A stretch of DNA of 64,000 nucleotides from Microcoleus sp. (GCA_042408215.1 JAYFMW010000030.1:32001-96000); one strand, 5' to 3'; numbered from the stretch's first letter, positions 45,026 to 55,066 are shown. Notes: generated by a model not told the origin, from the letters alone. Made by a program: numbers and translations.

Positions 45026-45733
45026 ATGACACCTACAGTAACCATCCAAGAACTAGCCTTAGCCCTAACAGCCAAAAACCACTCTCCCACGCTCCTCAAC
45101 TCGGACTTCCTCAAATACAGCGACATCGTCCCCCCCGACTGGGAACTCGCCCGCCCCCCCATTTTCAGCCCCCAAATCTCTCAAATAGCCTTCACCAACG
45201 GCATCAATATCGTCGCCCAATCGAACGCCATCACTTTCATCGAATCCCTGAGTACAAAGTCACAAGAAGATGTAAAAATTCCCGACATTATCCGCAAATA
45301 CGTTGAAGCGCTACCCCGCACCGACTATCAAAATTTGAGCATCAATCCGAGAAGTTTTGTCACCTTTGAAGGGGGAGATGAAAATGCGGCCCGCGAGTTC
45401 ATCACCTCCACTTTACTCTCGAAAGGCACTTGGTCTGATGTGGGGAAAGCTCCCGTCAAAGCTGCGGTTAATTTAGTTTACTCTCTGGAACAAGGAGAAC
45501 TTAACTTGAGCTTTGCCGAAGCATTGCTGCAACTTCAAGATGCAGAACCGACTCCGGCTGTCTTGTTTTCGGGAAGCTTCCAGTACGAAATTGCAGGAGA
45601 ATTAGAAGGAGAAAAACTGCAACATTTGTACAAGCTTTTGGAAAATTGGCAGCCGGATTTAGAAGCTTACCGGGAAATTGTCAACGTGCGGTTTTTGGGG
45701 AAAGAAGTTGAACAGTTACCGTCTGCCGCGTAA
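45026..45733 (+). CDS. Conserved 235-aa hypothetical protein (copy 3)
   Basis: Near-identical to 23719-24426; last gene of the array. Confidence 0.88.
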   Translation: MTPTVTIQELALALTAKNHSPTLLNSDFLKYSDIVPPDWELARPPIFSPQISQIAFTNGINIVAQSNAITFIESLSTKSQEDVKIPDIIRKYVEALPRTDYQNLSINPRSFVTFEGGDENAAREFITSTLLSKGTWSDVGKAPVKAAVNLVYSLEQGELNLSFAEALLQLQDAEPTPAVLFSGSFQYEIAGELEGEKLQHLYKLLENWQPDLEAYREIVNVRFLGKEVEQLPSAA

Positions 45734-45748
45734 AGGATAAGATTGTGG

Positions 45749-45792
45749 GGGCGATCGCACGACGCAAACAAATTCTAGTTGTGCGATCGCCC
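45749..45792. terminator. HIP1-containing inverted repeat, possible terminator closing the array
   Basis: GGGCGATCGCAC (45749-45760) and GTGCGATCGCCC (45781-45792) are perfect 12-bp arms, 15 nt after the stop. Confidence 0.55.
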
Positions 45793-45908
45793 GAACGAGG
45801 GGTGACTGAATAATTCGTAATTAAAGGTACAAGCTAATGGCCCAATAATTCGGAATTAAAGAAACCGATCGCTAATTACGAATTTAGTGCCAGTAAACAA
45901 GAGCCTCA

Positions 45909-46260
45909 TTATAAAGCCTGCTCGATCGCCCGCCGCGCCAATTCCACCTGTTCCACAGCATCCAGATAAGCTAGCGCTGCTGCATCCCAAACCACTTTTC
46001 TCTGCATCCTGTTCAAGACGATTTTCCCAAACTCGTACACCGTGTCGAAGCTTTGCAGCCTGAGAATTCGCTCAGCTATTGAGCAAAAACTCGGCGTTGG
46101 GTTCAATATCGCCACCACATCCGAGTGAAGGAGCGACACCACCTCTGAACCCATATCGACTTTCAAAGTCGCTCCAACCTCCACAATCCGGCCCCAAAAT
46201 CCATTCCACTTCCTTTCCGCTATTTTTTCTTTAGGAATAAAAGGGATTTTGACAATAACC
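45909..46260 (-). pseudogene. Fragment of a hypothetical gene
   Basis: ORF 45909-46184 continues upstream in frame (KWNGFWGRIVEVG) without a clear start; looks like a C-terminal remnant. Confidence 0.4.
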
Positions 46261-46907
46261 CCAGAAAGAGCGCTTTACGTCAAGTAGGCTAGCTGGCTTC
46301 TATTCTTTGATGGCAAACAAAATCTGGCTTAATCGCTTTCTGGACAATCGGAGGCGCTTGTTGCAACTCACTCCCCGCTTATTGCTATTTAGCTGACTCG
46401 AATTCTCGGGAAAGTTGATAATCGGCAAGGTGGCGATCGCGTCCATGAGGTCTCTGAAGGTAACAGGTTCAAGGGCTGTCATAACACCGCGCCACCAAGA
46501 AAATTATTAGTAACTCATCTAATTATACTATTGTTTGATTCTACCTGCAACCTTTTTTACTGGCTGGTTATATTCTGAAGAACAAGTCATCAATATTCTC
46601 CAATAGTTCTTCTACTTCCCGGTGTGGTTCGATTTGGAGACGTTTGTCGATCCTCGCACCTGGCTGACGAAAGCAACTACACCTTTACTATACAAGTCTG
46701 CTGCAACCGGACTTGATATCAACGCGATTGGGCGGTATCTCAAAAAACTGATAGCCTAGCCAGAGTTGGGCTTTGAGAATAGTTCGTCAAATATAGATTC
46801 CAATTGATTGATTTAAGGAAATATCGCGCTGCAATTTCTTTATCAAGAAATTGGCATAAAAACCTATCAAAACAAATCTGTTACAGTCGATGCACAGTTG
46901 AGAACTC

Positions 46908-47246
46908 ATGTCAATCTCAAAAGGAAAGCGAGATTTGATTTCGGGCCTGCCACTAAAACAGTTGAAGGATATACCACCTTCAACTGAGTTGCCTGCAAAT
47001 TTTGCCCAAATTCATCCCCCGCGCTTTGAGTGTGGCGAGATGGTGCGCTGGACTGATGTTGGTGAAGAAGGTGACTGGGGAATAGTTATCGGCAAATTTT
47101 ACAACTACGAACAGCGCCGTTGCTGTTGGATGTGGTGCTACATAATTTGGCTGGCTCCTGATTCCAAGAGTACAGCTTGGTGTCACTTTGACACGGCGTG
47201 GGAGGAAGATTTAGAGAGGTATGAGGTTGACATTCAAGCGGGCTGA
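46908..47246 (+). CDS. Trp-rich hypothetical protein; C-terminus replaced by the IS right end
   Basis: PRFECGEMVRW..DWG.VIG..WMWCYIIWL..DTAWEEDLE. The last residues are read from IS sequence starting at 47227. Confidence 0.75.
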   Translation: MSISKGKRDLISGLPLKQLKDIPPSTELPANFAQIHPPRFECGEMVRWTDVGEEGDWGIVIGKFYNYEQRRCCWMWCYIIWLAPDSKSTAWCHFDTAWEEDLERYEVDIQAG

Positions 47247-47286
47247 AGCCACTGAGATTCTGCTGACAGAATAGCTTTAGTTATTA

Positions 47287-48543
47287 CTAAAGTCTGATTC
47301 TCGCTACGGTGGCCAAACACCGTCTACCCAGTCGGTTAAGTTTTACACCTAGCTTACTGGCTACTTTTCTAAGAATATTAGCCGACCCATTTAGGTCTGC
47401 ATTGATTACAATCCCATTAGCAGAACGATATAATCCACGCTTGATTCGTTTTCCAGATGCTTTCCACTCAGGCGGTTTTTCACCGTATCTGGGTAGGGAG
47501 TCTCCATCAAGAAAACTACTCTTTGATGTATAGGCTTCTTCTGTTTCGGTAAACTTAATGCCGTGTAGATTGCAAAGCTGCTTTAAGCGTTCTTTCAACT
47601 TTCCTAGAGGCATTTGAACAAACTTTTGATTATTCAGTTTGCCCATGTCAACATTGGATTTAAAACCTTGATTCCATCCAATTACTAGATTGCCGATACC
47701 ATGCTTTAAACAGTGGTCAACGATTAACTTTGCAGCTTTGTTGACACCATCACGCATTTGGTGATTGCGTTGACGGGTTACACGGTCTAACCAACTATCC
47801 CAATAACCTGCGGGTTTTCCTTCCTTTCTAGTTGCTACTTTCTTGTTCCATAACTGATTCATCGCCTTCATAGCGCGAGCATCAATCAAGAAAGAATTTC
47901 CTAGCGTATCAACGCAAGCTCCTAAATTGTCAGCAGTTCCCAAATCGATTGATAAAGCTTGGCTGCGATCTAAATCGTGCTGCTGCAATTCTACTTCGTA
48001 AGACATTTCCAAGTAGAAAGCACCATTCTTAGGAAGGATTGTAAATTCTTTAACCTTTGAATAGTCAATATTTGACGGCATGGGCAGAAAGAATTCAGAA
48101 ATCCCAAACCAGCGCCTAACTGTCAAACCCAAAGAAAATCTTAACTGGTTGCCGACAAGTGCTGGCTTTAATCCTCCAGAATTTGGGTAAGCAACTTTGA
48201 ACAAGTTAGAGCCTTTTAAATACCCCGGAGGTTTAGGTCTAAAATGCAATTGACCTTCATTGTATAAAGCTTTTAGCTCTTTGAAGCTCTTAAACGCTTC
48301 CGTGACCGACATCAAAGTTTGCTGCATGGGTGTTGAAGGCAACGACTTCGCAACCATCGACTTTGCGATTGACGGTTCAAAGGATAAATCGAACTTCCCT
48401 GTGAGCAACTTTCCAGTTTTGAAAAATGTTTGTCGAGCAAAATAGACAGCGCTATTGTAGAGCTTTCCCGATTGCCGACAAAGATAGTGCAATACTGCCT
48501 CAACTTCTTTGGTGGGAGACAGTAATACTTGCTGCACTCCCAT
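47287..48543 (-). CDS. tnpB: TnpB RNA-guided nuclease-like protein, lacking a zinc finger
   Basis: KLYNSAVY, PKPPGY, SIDLG (RuvC-I), VIGWN, EEAYTS and NADLNGSANI (RuvC-III). The start may be slightly upstream. Confidence 0.9.
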   Translation of the reverse strand: MGVQQVLLSPTKEVEAVLHYLCRQSGKLYNSAVYFARQTFFKTGKLLTGKFDLSFEPSIAKSMVAKSLPSTPMQQTLMSVTEAFKSFKELKALYNEGQLHFRPKPPGYLKGSNLFKVAYPNSGGLKPALVGNQLRFSLGLTVRRWFGISEFFLPMPSNIDYSKVKEFTILPKNGAFYLEMSYEVELQQHDLDRSQALSIDLGTADNLGACVDTLGNSFLIDARAMKAMNQLWNKKVATRKEGKPAGYWDSWLDRVTRQRNHQMRDGVNKAAKLIVDHCLKHGIGNLVIGWNQGFKSNVDMGKLNNQKFVQMPLGKLKERLKQLCNLHGIKFTETEEAYTSKSSFLDGDSLPRYGEKPPEWKASGKRIKRGLYRSANGIVINADLNGSANILRKVASKLGVKLNRLGRRCLATVARIRL

Positions 48544-48679
48544 TGTTTTTTTTAATTTAGCCACCTCTTTTTCCTGAAAATTAGTGGATTTGTTTAGTTT
48601 AGGTGAGTATAGTGGACGAGTCAAGCCACAACAACAAAACTTTATGTTACCTCTTCCAGAATATCAAACCCATAACCAC

Positions 48680-48827
48680 GTCAAACTTTCCAGAATTAAA
48701 AAAGTTGCCGTCTTTGTGGACGAGCGGCTATTTTGTTAGTACCGCAGGCAATATTAGTAGTGAAGCTGTTAAGAGATACACAGAAGATTCACATCGCTCT
48801 GTAAATCAAGAAAGACACGGGGATTGA
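48680..48827 (+). pseudogene. tnpA: C-terminal fragment of IS200-type Y1 transposase
   Basis: FPELKKLPSLWTSGYFVSTAGNISSEAVKRY is the TnpA C-terminal motif; the HUH-bearing N-terminus is absent. Confidence 0.82.
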
Positions 48828-48894
48828 AATCCTCGCGTCGCTTTCCACGAGCGGGCTAAAGCCGCGCTCGTTTCCCGCTTCCCGTATTGTTTTT

Positions 48895-49209
48895 ATGAAA
48901 AAGCCGCATACTTTGACAGATAGAGAACGCAATTTGATTGCAATTTACAGCCAATGCCAATTGGGAATGACGCCGAAACAGTTTTATGTCAAGTGGGGGG
49001 TAAGTTACGAGCAAATTGCCTCCATTTGTTCCCGCTCTGATTCGACGGTACAGGGTTGGTTTAAACGCGGAAAAAATCGAAGATTTCCTACTGCTGTTGA
49101 TTTGCGCCATTTGGCAGTAATGGATTTTCTGCTGGAACACTTTGAGGAGATTCCCGACGTACTGGCGAACTTGCTGTGTCCGCATTCCGAAGATAAGAAG
49201 GTGCGTTAG
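48895..49209 (+). CDS. Small helix-turn-helix protein
   Basis: VSYEQIASICSRSDSTVQGWF looks like an HTH. Confidence 0.75.
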   Translation: MKKPHTLTDRERNLIAIYSQCQLGMTPKQFYVKWGVSYEQIASICSRSDSTVQGWFKRGKNRRFPTAVDLRHLAVMDFLLEHFEEIPDVLANLLCPHSEDKKVR

Positions 49210-49352
49210 AAAAGAATTTGAGCGGTTGAAATCACAAACCTAATTAATTGTCAAGGTCAGCGTGACCTGTCTTGAAGAATATTCTCTCAACTAGCGTAAT
49301 GGCAAGCAAGGAAAAAAGAACGCAACCTATTACTGTCGCTGGTGAGGTTAAA

Positions 49353-51683
49353 ATGACTTATTTTGAGAGATTGCATCCGTGGTGCATCATTAAGCTGCTT
49401 CCTAATTGTCAGCGTATTGTTGTGGCGCGATTTCGCAGGAGGAGGGATGGTGCGATTCGTTGAAACGTGAATCACGGTGAAAGCCCGTACATAGCGTTTC
49501 CAGCCACAAGGCTGAACTCTCGGTCGGATAAGGGTGCAAGTCCTTTCTGCCAGACTCAGGTATGACTCCCTATCTGCCCACACCGACCAAGCTCGATTCT
49601 TGGAGAGTGAAGCTGGGAACAGGGCGCAATCAGACATCCAATGTGGGGTGACTCTGGCGCTAATGGGGAGTTCCGATGGTGAAACAGTGCCTAGAAAAGT
49701 AACTTACCTCCGAGCGGGACACAGACCATTAATCCCGACTCCACTGGAGCTTATTCCCGCCGAATTATTATCCTAATATCGGCAAGAGTCTAGGGGATTC
49801 AGTAGTTAAAGTGGCTCCACCTAAAGGAACTAACAATCTAACCGAGGGAACGAAGAAAAACGAACTGAGGGTCAAGGGGAAGTCGACCCCTTTCGTAGGC
49901 TAGACGAGCAGCGGAACCCCCTCGGTTCGGGTAGGACAGACCGTAACTGGTCTGAGGTGTTCAGAAAACATAAGTTAGAGCAGCGCATGATTAGACACAG
50001 CAGCAATGTTAGTGAATCCTGGAAGACGTTACCTTGGAAGAAATTCCGAAGGGACTTATTTCGCCTACAAAAACGAGTGTTTAAAGCGATTCAGGTTGGA
50101 GACAAGCCAAAAGCGAAGTCCCTTCAAAAGCTAATTCTGAAATCTTGGGCTGCAAGAATGTTAGCGATACGTCAAGTAACTCAACTAAACGCTGGCAAAA
50201 AGACTGCGGGAATCGATGGGAAAGCCTCACTGACATTTGAGGAAAGGCTTGCTCTGAGTGAAGAACTCAGAGTCAAAAGTAACAACTGGAAACACCAGAA
50301 ATTACGTTCAATACCAATCCCCAAAAAGGATGGGAGTACCCGCCTCCTCAAGATACCGACTATCGCCGATAGAGCGTGGCAATGCCTCGCAAAATACGCG
50401 CTAGAGCCAGCACATGAAGCAACTTTCCACGCCCGGAGTTATGGGTTTAGAACAGGAAGGTCGGCCCATGACGCGCAGAAAGTTCTATTCAACAATCTAC
50501 GCTCTATGAGTAATGGAATAGAGAAACGGGTTATCGAACTCGATATCGAAAAATGCTTCGATAGGATAAGCCACACCAGCATAATGGAACGACTCATCGC
50601 CCCAAGAGGCATCAAGACCGGAATATTCCGCTGTCTAAAATCAGGAGTGAATCCAGGATTTCCCGAACAAGGAACCCCGCAAGGGGGCGTGGTAAGTCCC
50701 TTACTCGCCAATATTGCTCTCAATGGAATTGAGGAAATACATCAATCAGTCCGATACGCGGATGACATGGTAATAATTCTGAAGCCTAAAGATGACGCAG
50801 TGACAATACTTGATAAAGTCAGCGAATTTCTAGCAGAACGAGGGATGAAGGTTAGTGAAAAGAAAACCAAGCTAACAGCTACGACAGATGGGTTTGACTT
50901 CCTAGGTTGGCATTTCAAAGTGCTTTCGCAACGGGAAATTTAGATGCGTTCCATCAGCGGACAATTTTAAGGCGTTCCGTCAGAAGGTAAAACACATCGT
51001 CAACAACTCGAATTATGGTGCCACGCTCAAGGCTGAGAAATTAGCCTCTGTGGTTAGAGGTTGGAGAAATTACCACCGCTACTGTAAATTGGATGGGTCG
51101 CGGTTTTCACTGTGGTTCATCCGAAATAGAGCCTTTAAGGTATTCAACAAGGAAGCAAAACAGAATCGCTATACTGTCGAGAAATTGACAGAAAAAGCGT
51201 TTCCGGCGGTTCCTTTCTCCGAAAACAAATTTGTCAACGTCAAAGGAGAGAAATCTCCCTACGACGGAGATTTAGCTTACTGGAGTGAGCGTAACAGCAA
51301 ACTCTATGATGGCAAAACCTCTAAAGCTTTAAAACGGCAAAATCATAAATGTGTGAAATGTGGCTTAAAAATGCTAGGCGACGAAAAGGTACATCTGCAT
51401 CACGTAGATGGAAACCATACTAACTCGAAAACTAATAACCTCTTAGCGGTTCACGAAAGCTGCCACGATTATCTACACATGAGCAAAGGCGCAAGCCAAG
51501 AACATCGGGAGCCGGATGCGGGGAAACCAGCACGTCCGGATCTAACTGAGAGGGGCGGGGAATAATATCCCCCCTCGACTCAACCCAGACGATCATTTTC
51601 GGGTTTTGCAACGGTTTGTCAAAGAATTCACATTTGTGATTGTTTTTGACATTCCACCAAAGCCTACTTTGCCTAAAGAATAA
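49353..51683 (+). CDS. 64-aa hypothetical host gene split by the group II intron (exons 49353-49449 and 51586-51683)
   Basis: Joining the exons gives the open frame MTYFERLHPWCIIKLLPNCQRIVVARFRRRRDADDHFRVLQRFVKEFTFVIVFDIPPKPTLPKE; GAGG RBS upstream. Confidence 0.72.
49450..51585 (+). mobile_element. Group II intron
   Basis: 5' GTGCG at 49450. Domain V GAGCCGGATGCGGGGAAACCAGCACGTCCGGATCT from 51509. Domain VI GAGGGGCGGGG..CCCCCCTCGACTCAAC(C). Encodes an RT. Confidence 0.92.
49987..51565 (+). pseudogene. ltrA: Intron-encoded reverse transcriptase/maturase with HNH endonuclease; one frameshift
   Basis: GKKTAGIDG, IPTIADRA, SYGFR, LDIEKCFD, GTPQGG, YADD and GFDFLG, then VRGWRNY and CVKC..HLHHVDGNH..HESCH. 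An extra T at 50924-50926 splits the ORF. Confidence 0.9.
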
Positions 51684-51753
51684 CGACGCAGCTCTATGTG
51701 AAATCGAATTAATCGATATAGCTGCGGTAGATTAATATATCCGCTTTCGGGCG

Positions 51754-51798
51754 AATTACCCCAGCTACAGCTCCTACTGATAGCTGGGGTAATTTTTT
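51754..51798 (+). terminator. Intrinsic terminator-like hairpin
   Basis: AATTACCCCAGCTA and TAGCTGGGGTAATT form 14-bp arms followed by a T run. Confidence 0.7.
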
Positions 51799-52140
51799 AT
51801 CTACTGGGGGCTGTTAACTGGAGTGATAGATGCTCAAAACCGGGTTTGTTAAACTCTACTAACTAGAGCTTGTTATTAAAGTTTTAATTGACGCTCCAGA
51901 GCCATCGCATTTTGTATCGATTTCTCTAATTATATGAGTAATAATCCTAAAGTTGATAGCTGTGCGCTCCTAGGGCTGACTGATACCAGTATAGTTGGCG
52001 ATTGCAACTGAGTCTCCCCTCTAACAACAGCTAAGTCATTTCCGGCAATGCAAGAAGCAAGAACCATTGCTTGAGAAACACTCTAAGTTAAAAGCTACCC
52101 CCTAGCGGGAGAAGTTAAGAGCTCACCACTTCTTACCGTT

Positions 52141-53382
52141 ATGAATGCTAACAACTTTAATATCAACCCCCACAAAATCTTTCCTGAATCAGCAAGCCAG
52201 CACTCCCCTCAAATTAAAGAAGTGATTGCAGTAATTTTTCCTTTTCTCGCGGATGCACCTGCTGAAGAACATCCCTTCAAATTAAACGATATCGTAAAAA
52301 CAGGCAACCAATACGGTATTGTTACTTCTCTCAACAAAACTGAAAAACCTGTGACAATTACTTGGGACGCAAGTCCCGGCGAAGATTCATTTTCTTGGAC
52401 TTATAACCTCGACGAAATCCGCGCCCTCACAATCTCCATCGTGCCTCAGTTTATCCCTAAAAAGACTGCTGGAGAACTTCCAACTTGCACAACCATCGTA
52501 CTCGCTAATTCCGAACAGGTACAATTTAGTAACGCAACTCGTTTCAAAGTAGAATCACTCACTGAACAGCACATTCTCATCTCTGCTCTCGACCAATTGT
52601 ATCACTTTCCCATCAACTTGTTTCCCGGCTACCCGACAATTTGTACCATAGATATCCCGACACCCCAGCAATTAAAAGCCGCCAGCTATTTATCTGTTAC
52701 CGATATCATAATCAGAGCTAAAACGCATTTAGCTATCGAAGTACCCGACAACTTTTTAGAATTCGCTATGCCAATCTACAAACAGCAGTTAAAAGAAAAA
52801 ATAGCTCAACAATTGAGCGAAGAAAATTACCAACTTCTCGACTTTCACATAGCTTGGGAAGAAGCCTGGAAGCAGCAGTTAGAAAACCTAACAAAGAAAC
52901 AAAGCTTCTACGGATTTAGAGAGGGAGATTGCATTTTACAGCACCGAGAAGGATTTCAACGAATGGGGAGAGTCCAACACTTGAACGTTGAAGAGCCACG
53001 TCCATTTCACATCCATTGGGACAGCGGAGAACTCCTAAGTTACAGCTTGACAGAACTCAAAGGTTTGGGTATTTACCGCATCAAACCTATTGTTAAATTA
53101 TCGCCCAATGTGGCTTATCAAATTAGCGAAGACGGCTCCTACTTTACAGCTTGGATTGGGTTTCGTACTAAAGCACTAGCTAAAGCGTGGCTAATACCTG
53201 TCAAAAAGCTAGTCGGCCACCTTAGCAATTTAATTGATTGCCAAATTTCGGAACTTCAACATACAGGTTATAAATACGAGTATGCTGTAGAATGTCCCCG
53301 ACATAAAACATTAAACAAGCGTTTAGAAGCTCTCGCCAAAGTTGCTGAACTTGATTTAGAAAGGACGCCATTTAGGAGATGA
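52141..53382 (+). CDS. Hypothetical protein (413 aa), possibly two SH3/KOW-like segments
   Basis: Long clean ORF with two similar segments, FKLNDIV..G.V...ITWD and FREGDCI..G.V...IHWD. Confidence 0.75.
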   Translation: MNANNFNINPHKIFPESASQHSPQIKEVIAVIFPFLADAPAEEHPFKLNDIVKTGNQYGIVTSLNKTEKPVTITWDASPGEDSFSWTYNLDEIRALTISIVPQFIPKKTAGELPTCTTIVLANSEQVQFSNATRFKVESLTEQHILISALDQLYHFPINLFPGYPTICTIDIPTPQQLKAASYLSVTDIIIRAKTHLAIEVPDNFLEFAMPIYKQQLKEKIAQQLSEENYQLLDFHIAWEEAWKQQLENLTKKQSFYGFREGDCILQHREGFQRMGRVQHLNVEEPRPFHIHWDSGELLSYSLTELKGLGIYRIKPIVKLSPNVAYQISEDGSYFTAWIGFRTKALAKAWLIPVKKLVGHLSNLIDCQISELQHTGYKYEYAVECPRHKTLNKRLEALAKVAELDLERTPFRR

Positions 53383-53591
53383 GTGGGAAGTAGCAAGCAT
53401 TTCGTAGGGTGTGGACGGTTCTTTTTTGCTGGGACAAAACACAGAAAAATTTCCTATTTGTCTTAAAAGTTTTATTAACAAGACTTAGGAATCTTCCTTG
53501 CCCGGAATCTAAAAAACCTACTCTTGAAAGACTCCCCCGTCAAGCTAACGCTTAATCAGAGGTTGAGAAAATTAGTAATGGACGCTAACTA

Positions 53592-55016
53592 ATGATTCAA
53601 ACCTTACTCGAACAACCCCAAAAACTTACACAATTTCCCTTCACGCTCAAACCGCAACAGCAGCAAGCCATCGACAAATTAAGAACCTTTCTAACCACTA
53701 CCGAGTCATTCTTATTGCTGTGCGGCTATGCAGGAACTGGAAAATCCACAATCGTCTTTCAAATTATCCAAGAACTCTTGAGTCAAAGCAAGCGCATTGC
53801 CCTCACAGCACCTACTAACAAAGCAGTCGGCATCCTCAGAAAAATGGCAGCGTCTCAAGGCATTTTCGGAGTAGATTTTATGACAATACACCAACTTTTA
53901 GGATTAGGCATGGTCAGAAAAGAACAAGAAAAAGCCTTGTCACAGACAAGTTCCAGCAGCCTTCACCTCTACGATATCATCTTCCTCGACGAATGTTCGA
54001 TGGTTGGAAGCGAATTGTGGAAATGGATAGAACGCAATTTTGAACGCACATTCTTCAATCACCGCAAGCTAATTTTAATGGGCGACCCCGCTCAGCTAAA
54101 TCCTGTAGGAGAAAAAAAGTCGCCTGCTTTCAGCATTACCAATAAAGCTGTACTGACCCAAGTTGTCAGGCAAGCAGGGGAAAGCCCTGTGCTCGATTTC
54201 CTAACAGAATGCCGTTCTTTTGTCAATAGCAAAGCAGACATATTTTTGCCACACTCTAAATACAAAAAAGGAGACAAGTCAAACGGTGCATTCAGAGTCA
54301 AATCAGAAACGCTGCTACAATATGCTGTCAAAACGATCGATCTGGAATTTAGTCAAAATCCCGATCGCTTCAGAATTCTGTGCTGGACTAACAAACGAGT
54401 CAGATACTACAATCAGCTTATCAGAGAGCAAGTCTACGGTCAAGCTGCACCCAGATTTGTACCGGGAGAAAGGCTAATTACCAAAAAACCAGTCATGGCA
54501 CCTGACGGCAAAACCGTAATTTTGCCGACTTCAACGGAATTTACCGTCAAGGAAGTTGAGATTAACCAGCACTGCGGCTATCGAGTTTGGCTGCTAAAGA
54601 TTGTGACTGATGACGGTCTTTTTCGGCAAATATTTGTCCTGCACGAGTCCGAAAATAAGCGTTACCAGGCTGAACTTAAAGAAAAGCTCAAGAGTGCTAA
54701 ACGCAATGGATTTGTTTGGAGGAAATATTACTGGTTCAAAGATGACTTGTTTGCTGAAATTGACAATTGCTTTGCTTTGACAATTCACAATTCGCAAGGC
54801 AGCACTTTTGATGAAGTTGGCATTGACGGAAACGACCTTTTTAGCAGATTGTTAATTGGCAAAGATTTGAGCAGTCAACAGAAACTTAAAGAGTACCATC
54901 GACTTTATTATGTCGGTGCAAGTCGCTGCCGATATCGGATATTATTTGTTGCCCCCAATGACTCGCACTCAAACAATAAAATTCTCAAGTACAACAGACA
55001 TCTCCTACAAAGATAG
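53592..55016 (+). CDS. SF1B RecD/Dda-like DNA helicase
   Basis: GYAGTGKS, APTNKA, TIHQLL, LDECSM, GDPAQLNPV, VVRQ, TIHNSQGSTFD and YVGASR. Confidence 0.9.
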   Translation: MIQTLLEQPQKLTQFPFTLKPQQQQAIDKLRTFLTTTESFLLLCGYAGTGKSTIVFQIIQELLSQSKRIALTAPTNKAVGILRKMAASQGIFGVDFMTIHQLLGLGMVRKEQEKALSQTSSSSLHLYDIIFLDECSMVGSELWKWIERNFERTFFNHRKLILMGDPAQLNPVGEKKSPAFSITNKAVLTQVVRQAGESPVLDFLTECRSFVNSKADIFLPHSKYKKGDKSNGAFRVKSETLLQYAVKTIDLEFSQNPDRFRILCWTNKRVRYYNQLIREQVYGQAAPRFVPGERLITKKPVMAPDGKTVILPTSTEFTVKEVEINQHCGYRVWLLKIVTDDGLFRQIFVLHESENKRYQAELKEKLKSAKRNGFVWRKYYWFKDDLFAEIDNCFALTIHNSQGSTFDEVGIDGNDLFSRLLIGKDLSSQQKLKEYHRLYYVGASRCRYRILFVAPNDSHSNNKILKYNRHLLQR

Positions 55017-55066
55017 TCAAGAACAGGCAAGATGCATGTTCCACAGCAATTATGGAGATGTCTAAT

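Larger units (their letters stand above)
47227..48894 (-). mobile_element. IS200/IS605-family element (tnpB plus truncated divergent tnpA), non-autonomous
   Basis: The minus-strand right end reads ...GGCTTCAGCCCGCTTGAATGTCAA, ending at 47227. Left-end hairpins are GGGGATT-GA-AATCCTC (about 48819-48834) and CGAGCGGGC-TAAA-GCCGCGCTCG (48848-48870). The left boundary is approximate. Confidence 0.8.

Noticed and set aside
1..45733. Type VI secretion effectors
   Set aside because: No PAAR, VgrG or EagR-like sequence is seen. The stalks are Ig/vWA, and the true N-terminus is outside the window, so the export route is undetermined.
49450..49986. Retron ncRNA upstream of the RT
   Set aside because: It starts with GTGCG and is explained as intron domains I-IV.
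51950..52135. Riboswitch or ncRNA upstream of the 413-aa gene
   Set aside because: Some short stems are present but no recognisable consensus.
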